A stretch of 32,885 bases of DNA from positions 1-32,885 of IMG/VR virus record IMGVR_UViG_3300048895_000065; one strand, 5' to 3'. Each line of letters opens with the position of its first letter. The first letter of the stretch is position 1. Made by a program: the position numbers and the translations under genes. Below, one piece after another: positions 1 through 10,862 of the stretch. The notes beneath the pieces were generated by a model. The model worked only from the letters and a program-made list of their open reading frames with translations. It did not search any database and was not told the DNA's origin. This stretch comes from a virus (Duplodnaviria; Caudoviricetes).

Positions 1-112
1 GGGCGGTGTTGATGCCGGCGAGCTGTTCCGTCGAGAGGTCGACGCCGAACAGGACAGCGACGTTCAGGATCGCCATCAGCGCCGCGATCGTGAGGCTGAT
101 CTTGGTGAGCAT
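1..112 (-). CDS. holin-like membrane protein (3' end runs off the window)
   Basis: Read by hand: MLTKISLTIAALMAILNVAVLFGVDLSTEQLAGINTA..., with TAAGGAG RBS upstream. Hydrophobic helix plus a 'GVDLSxEQ' loop, downstream of the endolysin. Confidence 0.65.
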   Translation of the reverse strand, partial: MLTKISLTIAALMAILNVAVLFGVDLSTEQLAGINTA

Positions 113-120
113 CTTTCTCC

Positions 121-207
121 TTAGATTGCGTTGACTCCGGCGACCACGATGATCACGGAGCAGACGGCGATGATGATCAAACACACATCAGCGACCGACA
201 GGTTCAT
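121..207 (-). CDS. 28-aa single-pass membrane peptide
   Basis: MNLSVADVCLIIIAVCSVIIVVAGVNAI*. ATGA overlap with the upstream stop and a GGAGGTG RBS; not in the ORF track. Confidence 0.6.
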   Translation of the reverse strand: MNLSVADVCLIIIAVCSVIIVVAGVNAI

Positions 208-629
208 AACTCACCTCCCCGTTGTCCGGCGAAGTCGGGGTTGGAGTCCTTAATCGCCGCCACGATCCGGTCGGCCATCAAATCGATCTTGTCCCCCTGG
301 CCCCGCACCAGATCGGTGAGCGTGTCCAGGTCAGGACGGGCACGCAACGCGCTGTTCTCCGCGGTTGCTTTGACGAGCTCTTCCGTCACCCGGTCGGCTC
401 GAGCGATCGACGCGTCCCGCTCCTCATGCCACGCCTTCGCGGACGCGTCCGCTGCCGCCAACGCTGCCCGGTAGCGGGCGACGGCGAACACGCCGGCCAT
501 CAGGATCGCGAGGGCGATCAGGTTCAACGCGTTCGTGACGTTGAACGCTCCTTCGGCCAACACAAGACCAGCGAAGAATGGGGGCACGTAGACCATCCCT
601 TCACACGGCTCCTTGAAGTCGATGGTCAC
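204..629 (-). CDS. membrane protein with C-terminal coiled coil (lysis cassette)
   Basis: Hydrophobic segment LNLIALAILMAGVFAVA followed by a helical charged tail; GGGAGGAG upstream. Confidence 0.7.
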   Translation of the reverse strand: MTIDFKEPCEGMVYVPPFFAGLVLAEGAFNVTNALNLIALAILMAGVFAVARYRAALAAADASAKAWHEERDASIARADRVTEELVKATAENSALRARPDLDTLTDLVRGQGDKIDLMADRIVAAIKDSNPDFAGQRGGEL

Positions 630-659
630 TCATTCACCATCTCCTCCCGGCGAAGGACG

Positions 660-689
660 TAAACAACGCGCTGACGGCACAGCGCGACA
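660..689 (-). terminator. putative intrinsic terminator after the endolysin
   Basis: Minus strand reads CGCGCTG-tgccgt-CAGCGCG (7-bp GC stem) followed by TTGTTTA. Confidence 0.55.
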
Positions 690-1184
690 TCAGAGAAGAG
701 CGGGGTGCCGCCACACCCCGACCAAATCGGGACGGTAGTGCAGGTTGACGAGGTTAGGTCCGGCCTCGCGCCCATGCGACGTCCACTGCGCAGTCTTGGC
801 GGTGCCCGCTTTCGAGCAGACAGCGGTGTGGGCGTGGTTACCTTCTCCCCACCGCGCCACATCACCGACGAGATATCCGTTGATCTCGTTAACGAACTTG
901 CCGTTGCGACGCAGGTACGCCTCGATGCTGGAGGTGTTCCCGATGCCGGTGTAGCGGAAGTCGCACACGTCATGGAGGAACTGACCTGTCGCGTGCATGG
1001 CCTCCCAGAACACGTTCCCTACGAAGCCCGAACAGTCGAGCACGACGAACCCGTGGCCGATGTTCGCGTAGTAGTGGAACGGCCTCTGCTGGGAGTAATG
1101 GATGTTTGGCTCGTTGCCGACAGCCGTCTTGCACTCAGCGACCATCGCGTTGCGCCAGTTCTTTTTCTGGGTTGGTGAGCTCAT
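690..1184 (-). CDS. NlpC/P60-family peptidoglycan hydrolase (endolysin)
   Basis: LDCSGFV catalytic Cys motif, GDV..W, HTAVC His motif; GGAGG RBS; lies between tail and holin genes. Confidence 0.8.
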   Translation of the reverse strand: MSSPTQKKNWRNAMVAECKTAVGNEPNIHYSQQRPFHYYANIGHGFVVLDCSGFVGNVFWEAMHATGQFLHDVCDFRYTGIGNTSSIEAYLRRNGKFVNEINGYLVGDVARWGEGNHAHTAVCSKAGTAKTAQWTSHGREAGPNLVNLHYRPDLVGVWRHPALL

Positions 1185-1302
1185 CGTAAAAGTATCCTCC
1201 TGGGGTCGGTCATCGTTTCAGCCACCGGTAGATCTGCTGTTGCAGCCCGCCGCACCCTTCATACCCCGCCGCCGAGACTGTTCGTCTCTAGCAGAACAGC
1301 GG

Positions 1303-1901
1303 TCATACGAACGACGCTTGCACGTCTTGGATCGTGCCGCAGTAGAAGTCGTCGAGCCTCCCGGTTGTGTTGCGACAGCCGAGCGCGACGCTGCCAGCGT
1401 TCGGATAGGTCGAGTCGAACACCTGAGACACCATCGACCATGCTCCCGAGCGGAACACCCACGACTCGATCATGCTGCCGACAAGCACGATCCCGATCTT
1501 GTCTCCCGCCGTCAAAGCCTGGTTAGGAGTCGCGAGGTTCGTGATCCCGTTGTTCAAGATCCTGTCGATGAACAACTGCGGTGTCGCCTGGTTCTGCCAG
1601 CGGAGGCTGTAGCCGTCCCAGGTGTTCGCGCCGCCCATCTGCTGGCCGCGCGCATAGATGCGGGCGCTGTCGCCCGAACCCGGAAGCGTCGCGACGGTCA
1701 CATACGCAGCCAGATCGGGGCCGAACAGGTCCGGTGTCCAATACGACTCTCCTGTCGTCGCCCCCGTCGACGTGACCTGGTTCCCTGTCCGCTGAAGCGG
1801 GATCCCCAACGAGCTGACGACCGCCCACTTCCCTCCGTCCGACAAAGGGTTCTGGTTCGCGCCCGTGAAGTCCGCGACGAGAGACGCGAAGTCGACGGCG
1901 T

Positions 1902-1905
<4 letters not shown>
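1303..1905 (-). CDS. minor tail protein, beta-sandwich/lectin-like
   Basis: Beta-rich 200 aa ending GSVALG...RLDDFYCG; ATGA-coupled to the tail fibre gene. Confidence 0.55.
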
Positions 1906-3691
<1,786 letters not shown>

Positions 3692-5902
3692 CTACGTGCT
3701 CCCTGACAGCAGTTGGCGGAACTTTTCCTTCGACGCCCAAATAGGCATCCGATCCCCCAGCTGATAGTCCTGCCACGGACGCGGAGAACGCTCCGGGGCG
3801 GGAACGAACGTCACCGTCTGCCTGCCCAACGCCCTGAGTGCCACTTGTGCTTGTGCGAACGACGCCGCCGCCGCCACGTTCGCGACGGTGTCTGGTCCGT
3901 TCAGGCCGGGGAAGAACTGCTGCGCCAAATACACGCCGTACTTCGTGATCGAGTCGTTGTCGATCGACGTCGCCTGACCGCCACCCGTGCCGCCCGGACC
4001 AGCGAACGCATAGAAGTCGTTGACGCGCGACGAGCCGTCCTGCTGACGGGTCAACCCCATCAGGCTGCGCCCAGGCAAGTTCCACGCAAAAATCTGGTCG
4101 TCCCTCACAACACCAGCCTGCACGTACACGCTGATCTCGCAGAGGAAGTTCACAACCAGATCGGTCCCGACCGTCCGACCGGCAGGCTCGTAGATGGGGG
4201 TGAGGATGATGTCGCACTGACCCGCGGCGCACAGATCGGCCCACGCCTGACCCACACTGGTGCCCTGCGGGATGTTCCAGTTGACCACAGGCGTGTCATC
4301 CAGGAAACCACCGTACTCCGCAGAGCCGCCCCAGTCCTGATACTGAGAACCCTCACCGATCCTCGAACCGTCACCGGCGTCGATGTACGCGAACCCGAAG
4401 TTGATGATCGTGTTCCGCAACAGCTCACACACGATCACCGAGACCTTCGTGTCGTTGAACGACAGGCCGTCCTCGCCGGGGAGGTTCCCGTCGATGTCGG
4501 TGACGGGACGGCTCATCATGTAGTGCCACGGATCCCACCCCACAAACCGTGTTCGTGCATCGTCGCCCTCCGCGGTGTCCTCCACCAGATTGACGATCGT
4601 CGCGCCCCGCACCGTGTAGTACGGCGACGTGAACGACTCACGCCTGAACCCCCACATCAGCCGTGTTCCCTCGGACAGATACGGGTCGTTGTAGGTGTCG
4701 CCGTCGTAGGGGATCCACGCCTTCGGGTTATCGGACGGCACCGTCCCTGTCATCGACAGGGGCCCGTTCAGGATCACCTCGACCACACGGTCCGACGTGA
4801 TCTTCGACAGGTCAGTGACACCCGTTCCGTCCAACGCTGCGAGGAAGTAGCGCCACAGAACCGGTCCTCCCCCTCCCCTCGACGGCGGCGGCAGGATCCG
4901 CACCGGGGTGCCCGTCATCACCACGTCCTGCCCGGACGTCCCCTGCACGCACCCCGCGACGAGGTTGCGGCTAAACGAAGGAAGAGCCAACACAACAGAC
5001 GCCTGGCAGCTGAGAGGGATCGAGTTCGAAGCCTCCCACGTCACACCGCCGTCCGACGACACCGCCCCGTCAGGGGTAGTCGAAGCGTCGAACACCCGGC
5101 CGTCAACGAGCTCGCTGACGGGGTCGTTGAAGAACCCAGGGATCACGATCGTTGACCACGTCAGTCCTGCGTCGGCGGACCTGACCGCCAACCGGCCGCT
5201 GCCGTTCTGGCCGGACACGATCCACGCCGACCACGACGGCAAATACGACACGTAGTCGCCGTGGTTGAACGACGTCGCGTTGATAGGAGACGAAATGCCG
5301 GTGTAGTTGATGCCGTCCGTGGAACGGCGGATCGCGTCCCCGAACGCCACGCTGTCCCTCCCAACAGTTATCGCCACCCCCTCACTGTCCGACCATGCGC
5401 CCCGAACCGGGTACTTCATCGTCAAAGTCCCCGTATGCAACGTCACCGCCACCCCGTCAGGCGTCGTCAACACAACGCCCGAGTCGGCACCGGTGAAGTC
5501 CGTACCCGGAATAGACACAAGGCCGATCGAGTCGCAGGAGATCGGCTTGGAGGGGCTGATCGATGTCGGGTCCGTCCAGATCGTCGCCCACGTATCTCCG
5601 TCAGCCGACGTACACAACACAGCGTCAGCGCCAACATAGTGGACGGCGACGAACAGGCCGAGGAACTCGCACCACGTCACATACGACGAGTTGAAGCTTC
5701 CCGGTGTCGTCCACGGATACGACACCGACTCCGCCCACGTCAACCCACCATCGGCGGAGCGCATCACCAAAGGCTGCGGAAAAGAGCCGCCTGGGTCCTG
5801 CGCGCCAATAGCAACCACGATCCCGGTGGACGACACGGCGGCGTCGTTCACGAACGATGCGCTGTCACCGCCCATCGGAGAACTGCGTGCCGTCCAGCCC
5901 AC
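3692..5902 (-). CDS. Tal/baseplate-hub minor tail protein with N-terminal Asp-box (BNR/sialidase-like) propeller
   Basis: Asp boxes SADGGLTW, SADGDTW, STDGINY, SADAGLTW, SSDGGVTW; PPPSRGGGGP linker; C-terminal half ends DYQLGD as in siphophage hub proteins; follows Dit. Confidence 0.75.
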   Translation of the reverse strand: MGWTARSSPMGGDSASFVNDAAVSSTGIVVAIGAQDPGGSFPQPLVMRSADGGLTWAESVSYPWTTPGSFNSSYVTWCEFLGLFVAVHYVGADAVLCTSADGDTWATIWTDPTSISPSKPISCDSIGLVSIPGTDFTGADSGVVLTTPDGVAVTLHTGTLTMKYPVRGAWSDSEGVAITVGRDSVAFGDAIRRSTDGINYTGISSPINATSFNHGDYVSYLPSWSAWIVSGQNGSGRLAVRSADAGLTWSTIVIPGFFNDPVSELVDGRVFDASTTPDGAVSSDGGVTWEASNSIPLSCQASVVLALPSFSRNLVAGCVQGTSGQDVVMTGTPVRILPPPSRGGGGPVLWRYFLAALDGTGVTDLSKITSDRVVEVILNGPLSMTGTVPSDNPKAWIPYDGDTYNDPYLSEGTRLMWGFRRESFTSPYYTVRGATIVNLVEDTAEGDDARTRFVGWDPWHYMMSRPVTDIDGNLPGEDGLSFNDTKVSVIVCELLRNTIINFGFAYIDAGDGSRIGEGSQYQDWGGSAEYGGFLDDTPVVNWNIPQGTSVGQAWADLCAAGQCDIILTPIYEPAGRTVGTDLVVNFLCEISVYVQAGVVRDDQIFAWNLPGRSLMGLTRQQDGSSRVNDFYAFAGPGGTGGGQATSIDNDSITKYGVYLAQQFFPGLNGPDTVANVAAAASFAQAQVALRALGRQTVTFVPAPERSPRPWQDYQLGDRMPIWASKEKFRQLLSGST

Positions 5903-5907
5903 CTACA

Positions 5908-6780
5908 TCAGCCCCACGCCGGAGCCCACAACATGTCCATGTCGCACCCCGTGATCACGATCGTGTTGTCCCCCGTCACCAACGGGAAATAATCAGACTC
6001 CAACTCAGTGATCCCCGCCGACAAATTGGCTCCGTCGCCGTCCTCGAAGATGGTGTTGCGGAAGTTGTCCATCTCCGCGTAGTGACCGCCAGCCGAGATC
6101 GGGGACGCACCCGGATTGGACGAGGAGTAGACGAAGTCGATCCCCGTCGTGAGGTTCTGGATGATGAAATCGTTGACCGCAGATGCGCTGGTGACGCCGG
6201 CTGCGCGGTTGACCTGGAACACGGGCCAGTAGTCAGCGGTGCCGTTGTTCGTGATCGTGTTCGGCACACCATCCAAGAACGTCGTCAACTGTTGCGTCAA
6301 ATCCTGCGCGTACGGATACTGAGAATCAATAGTGAACGTGACGGTGGGCGGCGGACCCGGGGTGAACACGGGGTAGACGGACAACCTGATGTCGTCCAAC
6401 ATCCGTTCGTTCGCGCCATCCACCTCCCACGCAAGTCGTCCCTCGTTGTCACCCGCGTTCAACAGCGACCGGACAGACCCTGACAGGTTGTCGAGCATCT
6501 CCACCAGCAACGCCCCCTCACACGCCATTTCGTTCCGTGTCTCCCACAACTGCACCGTCAACTGCATCGTCGTGCCCGTCAGAAACCGGGTGTGCAAAAT
6601 AGAGCCGTCAGCCTGCGGCACATCGTTCGACGTCGACCTCACGTTCAGGTCGAACGTGCAGCCATCCTGAATCAACAAGTAGATGCCGGACGCTGTTTGT
6701 TCGTTGAACGACAGGTTCCCCGAGTAGGGATTGGTCAGGTCGAAAACGTTGGGGTACGCCCAGGCGGGAATGGCAGGCAT
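5908..6780 (-). CDS. distal tail protein (Dit)
   Basis: Directly follows the tape measure; motifs VPQADG, ITNNGTADYWP, YFPLVTGDNTI. Confidence 0.75.
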   Translation of the reverse strand: MPAIPAWAYPNVFDLTNPYSGNLSFNEQTASGIYLLIQDGCTFDLNVRSTSNDVPQADGSILHTRFLTGTTMQLTVQLWETRNEMACEGALLVEMLDNLSGSVRSLLNAGDNEGRLAWEVDGANERMLDDIRLSVYPVFTPGPPPTVTFTIDSQYPYAQDLTQQLTTFLDGVPNTITNNGTADYWPVFQVNRAAGVTSASAVNDFIIQNLTTGIDFVYSSSNPGASPISAGGHYAEMDNFRNTIFEDGDGANLSAGITELESDYFPLVTGDNTIVITGCDMDMLWAPAWG

Positions 6781-6784
6781 CAGG

Positions 6785-9421
6785 TCAACCGTATCCGTTG
6801 ATGGCGGCGAGCTCCGCCGCGGTCAGAGAAAGGGTGGGTGCGAGCTGCTTGCTCGTCGCAGCCTTCGTGTTCCGTTTGCCGGTCTTGGTGTTCCCGTCGA
6901 TAGAAGCCAGAAGCGCCGTCTGCCTCTGCGCCTCCGTCAACTGCGCCCCCGCGATAGAAGCGATGTTCGCGCCCAAAGACGCCCGGGCGTCCTGCGCCGA
7001 CAGGATGCCGTTGCGGCCCGCGGTGTTGGAGCCGAACTGGGAGAACTGCGACACACCCTCCCTGAACAGATCCGACAGCGAAAACCCGCTGTCGCTTTTC
7101 GCTGTGGCGTTCAGGCTCTTCAGCGTTAACTTCAACGAGACGATCTTCGACTGCAAGTCAACGACGGCCTGCTGCTGCTCGACCGTCTTGTTCTTCACCT
7201 TGTTGATCCCATCGATGCGGTCCTGGAACACCTTGATCGCCGCGTTGATCGCGCGCTTGTCGTCCCCCGTCCCCTTCGTCAGCCCTGCCGCCTGGATCCG
7301 CAGATCCAACCGGGAGTTCTGGAGGTTGATCAGCGCCTGAGCGGCAGCGGTGGCGGCAGCCAAAGCGTCCTTCGCGATCTGAGCGGCCTTGTCCTTCGCC
7401 GCCTTCGCTCCCGCGGCAGCGGTCGCCTGGATCGAGTCGAGGTCGTTCACGACACCCAACAACGACTGCTCCAACGCTTTCTTCAGCGCCGGACGGTTCT
7501 TGACGAACTGGCGTTGAAGCTGCGCGATCAGAAAGTCCTGTTCCGCCTGCAGGTCAGCGACCAGCTGTGCGTTGTCGTGCGCGATCTTGTCGCGCACCGT
7601 TTTCGCGTCGAACCCCGTCACGATGTTCTGGATCGGTGTCACACCCAACCCGGTGTCCTTCGGTCCCTGCGCCCTGGCGGCGGCAGCGAGTGCTTTCAGC
7701 GAAGCGGCGAGGTCGTCTACGCCCTTGGCTGCGTTCTTCGCGATGTTGCCGAAGAACTTCGTTTTGTCTGCTGTCGTTTCCGAGTCGACGCCGAACTTCT
7801 TCATCGCGAACGACGCGATCTCCAACGCCCGCGTCACCGGGTTGATCAGAAGAACGCCTTTGCCGATGTCATCAAGGTGCTTCGCGACGAACCCGAGCGC
7901 CGGATCGGACTGAGAGATAGAAGAACCAAGCTTCCTGAAGTTCCCCGACAGAACAAGGACTCCGTCCGCAATCGTGTTGACGTTCGACAGCGTCTCCCCG
8001 AGAGTAGACACGAAAAGATGAACGGGGCCGGACGCGACTTGCCCCAACGTCAACCCCAGAGACGAAGCCTGGTTCGAGAGGTTCTCGAAGTCGCCCTGTA
8101 ACCCCTGCGTCCGCGCCGCCGCCTGCTCCTGAGCCAACCCCGCCTCGGTCACAGCCTTCTTGATGTCGTTGAATCCCTTCACTCCCGCCTGCCCCAACAG
8201 GATCTGGGTGCGGACAGCGTCCGAACCGAAGATCGTCGCCTCGGTCGCCTGACGTTGCGCCTTCGACACGCCCTGCAACGCCTTATCGATGTCCGTGAAC
8301 ACCTGCGGACGCAGGTTCCCGTTCACATCGCGGACCTGGATGTTCAAGTCCTTCAAAGCCTTCGCGGCGTCCGCGGGAGGCTTCACCAGACGCAGCAGAG
8401 CGACCCGCAGCGACGTACCGGCCCTTCCTCCCTGCAACCCAGCCTTCGCAAGTTCGGTCAGGAGCGTGACGGTGTCCTCGATCGAGATCCCGAACCCATG
8501 CGCTACCGCGGAAGCCTGCCCCAAAGCCGGCCCGAAGTCCTCGATCGAACCCTGCGCGGACTTCGCTGCACCAGCGAACAGATCCGCAACCTTGACAGCA
8601 TCCGTTCCGGCCAACTGGAACGAGTTCAACGCGCCCGCCACAAGTTTCGCGGCAGCACCGTTGTCGATCTGTGCCGCCGTCGCCAACTGCAACGTCCCCC
8701 GGGCAGCAGCCAAAGCGTCCGCGACACTTAACCCGGCCTTCGCGAGCTCCGTCATCGCCTGAGCAGCATCAGACGCCGTGATCCCCGGCAACGTCAGGTC
8801 ACGACCGAGCTGTCTCGCTTCCGCATCAACACGGGCCATCTCATCGGCGGTCGCGCCGGCGTTGACCCGGAACACGTTCAGTTCCGTCTGGAACGACGCG
8901 AACGACGACACCGACTTCGCGAACAACGTCACCGCAGCCGCGCCAGCAAGGAACTCGCCGGACGCCGCGAGGGTAGCGCCACGCACCTTAAGTAGCGACA
9001 AAGCGGTTGCGCCAGCTCCTCTTTCTAGCTGTGCCAACTGCCTCGTCTGCGCCACCGTATTCACGTTCGTCGCGTTAGCAGCTTCCGTCTGCGTCAGCGT
9101 CAACTTCTCGCCCTGAAGAATCACCCCGTTCAGAGCAGAGTTCAGAGCCTGACTGGAGACGGCCTCGTTCTTCATCGCGGCACTCAAAGCACCGACCGAC
9201 TCTGTGGCCGTCGCCGACGACGCTGCGAGTTTCGTCTGGTTCGCGGCGGCAGTCTGGACCGCCGCCGCAGCACTCGAAACGCTCGTCCCCGCCACAGCAG
9301 CAACGACGGGGATCACGATCGGCTTCGCCGTCGCCAACTTCAACGCGGCCTCGAGTTCCGCCCGGAACCCGGTCGTGTCCGGGCGAACAAGGATGCGTGC
9401 TTCTGCGAGGAACTCGCTCAT
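6785..9421 (-). CDS. tape measure protein (TP901-family core)
   Basis: 878 aa, Ala/Leu-rich; ASDAAQAMTELAKAG, GTLQLATA, GGRAGTSLR, IFGSDA motifs; N-terminal EARILVRPDTTGF. Confidence 0.92.
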   Translation of the reverse strand: MSEFLAEARILVRPDTTGFRAELEAALKLATAKPIVIPVVAAVAGTSVSSAAAAVQTAAANQTKLAASSATATESVGALSAAMKNEAVSSQALNSALNGVILQGEKLTLTQTEAANATNVNTVAQTRQLAQLERGAGATALSLLKVRGATLAASGEFLAGAAAVTLFAKSVSSFASFQTELNVFRVNAGATADEMARVDAEARQLGRDLTLPGITASDAAQAMTELAKAGLSVADALAAARGTLQLATAAQIDNGAAAKLVAGALNSFQLAGTDAVKVADLFAGAAKSAQGSIEDFGPALGQASAVAHGFGISIEDTVTLLTELAKAGLQGGRAGTSLRVALLRLVKPPADAAKALKDLNIQVRDVNGNLRPQVFTDIDKALQGVSKAQRQATEATIFGSDAVRTQILLGQAGVKGFNDIKKAVTEAGLAQEQAAARTQGLQGDFENLSNQASSLGLTLGQVASGPVHLFVSTLGETLSNVNTIADGVLVLSGNFRKLGSSISQSDPALGFVAKHLDDIGKGVLLINPVTRALEIASFAMKKFGVDSETTADKTKFFGNIAKNAAKGVDDLAASLKALAAAARAQGPKDTGLGVTPIQNIVTGFDAKTVRDKIAHDNAQLVADLQAEQDFLIAQLQRQFVKNRPALKKALEQSLLGVVNDLDSIQATAAAGAKAAKDKAAQIAKDALAAATAAAQALINLQNSRLDLRIQAAGLTKGTGDDKRAINAAIKVFQDRIDGINKVKNKTVEQQQAVVDLQSKIVSLKLTLKSLNATAKSDSGFSLSDLFREGVSQFSQFGSNTAGRNGILSAQDARASLGANIASIAGAQLTEAQRQTALLASIDGNTKTGKRNTKAATSKQLAPTLSLTAAELAAINGYG

Positions 9422-9744
9422 ACCGGTGCTCCCTTGACGCCGCCCATCATCCCCATCAGCTCCTGCATCGCAGCAGCGTTATCAACAGGGGGAGGCGCGG
9501 GTTTCTCACCCGTTCCAAGCAGCCGCACCTGATCGACGGCGGACACAAGGTCTATGTTCAACCGCTGGTACTCCTCCACGAAGATCGCGTAAGCAACACC
9601 GATGAAGCGGCGCAACGTCATCCCGTCGGGGTTGCCTCCGTTCAAGGCTATGCGGCCTTCGATGTACGTTCTGTTTTCCCACGCCCAACCTCCGAGGGCG
9701 AGGGCAGTACGGTAGGGAAGTTCGTCTGCTGCTCCACCAGCCAC
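9418..9744 (-). CDS. tail assembly chaperone, second ORF (T-like; start uncertain or reached by frameshift)
   Basis: Directly precedes the TMP with ATGA overlap and overlaps the first chaperone in the -1 frame. Confidence 0.6.
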   Translation of the reverse strand: MAGGAADELPYRTALALGGWAWENRTYIEGRIALNGGNPDGMTLRRFIGVAYAIFVEEYQRLNIDLVSAVDQVRLLGTGEKPAPPPVDNAAAMQELMGMMGGVKGAPV

Positions 9745-9992
9745 TGAATCACGGCCATCACCAGACCACCCGGAATCGGATCCTCAACCCGCGCCCGCAA
9801 CGCCCTGTACCTATCGTGCTCTGCGGGTTCGATGAACAGCAGGATCTGCGCGTCCAACAGCGGGAACCCCTCGAGCTCCGTGCTGTCAGAGAACACCTCG
9901 AGCGCCTCCGGGGACTGGTAGCGCCAATGGAACGTCTCGCCGCCGAGAGCGAACTCTCGGTCTGTGGCGAGCAACACATCGAAATCCTTCAC
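9648..9992 (-). CDS. tail assembly chaperone (G-like)
   Basis: GTG start after GGAGG (MKDFDVLL...); acidic 114 aa ending NFPTVLPSPS; synteny. Confidence 0.7.
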   Translation of the reverse strand: MKDFDVLLATDREFALGGETFHWRYQSPEALEVFSDSTELEGFPLLDAQILLFIEPAEHDRYRALRARVEDPIPGGLVMAVIQWLVEQQTNFPTVLPSPSEVGRGKTERTSKAA

Positions 9993-10006
9993 AACACCCT
10001 CCTGGG

Positions 10007-10537
10007 TTAAAAGGTGGTTTCGTACCCTTCGACTTCCGCGCGGAAGCTGAAGTTCCAGCCGGCGCACCCTCCGGCGTTCGTGATCGGGAACAGCCGGTCG
10101 TTGAACACGCCACCGCATATTGTGAACAGCCGACCGGACCGCTCGCTGTTCCACAGGTAGTTCCACAGCGCCCACGCGTCCGCGTACGTCTGTTCCGCGA
10201 CGGCCTGTTGTGCTTCGGCGGACGGGATGTCGTCCAGGTAGTCGGTGCATCTGGTGATCGAGATGAGGAAGCCGACGTAGTTCTTGCGGAACTGCTGCTG
10301 ATGACGTGTGCCCGCACCAAGGTTCAACGGGTTCGTGGCTGCCTCGGCAACAGGTGCGGCGTTGACGGTCAACTGGTTGCAGCAGTCCAGGGCCGGGGGG
10401 CCGGAGCAAATGAAAGCTCTCTCCGGGGCACCCAGGAGCCCCGGAGAGAGGCTAGGGATCGTATTCAACGCGTCAATCGACGCGTCCAGGACTTGCTGGG
10501 TGATGTCGAACAGGTCGGAGGGGCCGGTGCCTGCCAT
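10007..10537 (-). CDS. tail terminator/neck protein
   Basis: TGATG-coupled start MAGTG; motifs ALDCCNQLTV, ITRC, GGCAGW resemble actinophage neck proteins. Confidence 0.6.
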   Translation of the reverse strand: MAGTGPSDLFDITQQVLDASIDALNTIPSLSPGLLGAPERAFICSGPPALDCCNQLTVNAAPVAEAATNPLNLGAGTRHQQQFRKNYVGFLISITRCTDYLDDIPSAEAQQAVAEQTYADAWALWNYLWNSERSGRLFTICGGVFNDRLFPITNAGGCAGWNFSFRAEVEGYETTF

Positions 10538-10860
10538 CAGAGCGGCGTGTCCCAACCGGCCATGATGCGAGGCACGAACTTGTCGGGTTCGATGTTCGCG
10601 AACTTGTTCGCCATGTAGTCAGCGATCCGCCGCTCGTCCGCCGGGATGCCGATCACGGCTTGCAGTCCGAACTGGCCCCGGTCGATCTCGAAGTCAGCGT
10701 GGGGTTTCACGGACGCCGTCTGGTCCTGCCAGACGCCTCCGATCGCGTCGTTGTAGTTCTGGGTGATCTGTTCCGCGACGAGCAGCAACCGCTGCCCGTA
10801 GGGACCGTCAGGTGCTTCGAGGAGGTTGACTAGCGCGGCCTCGTTGAAGATGAGCGACAC
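10537..10860 (-). CDS. neck/tail completion protein
   Basis: MSLIFNEAALVNLLEAPDGP...; lies between the adaptor and terminator genes. Confidence 0.55.
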   Translation of the reverse strand: MSLIFNEAALVNLLEAPDGPYGQRLLLVAEQITQNYNDAIGGVWQDQTASVKPHADFEIDRGQFGLQAVIGIPADERRIADYMANKFANIEPDKFVPRIMAGWDTPL

Positions 10861-10862
10861 AA

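Noticed and set aside
1181-1306. Chain of 10-15 aa micro-ORFs, and a protein-like tail (...QQQIYRWLKR) in frame with the 200-aa gene behind two stops
   Set aside because: Too short to distinguish from chance without homologues; possibly a decayed C-terminus.
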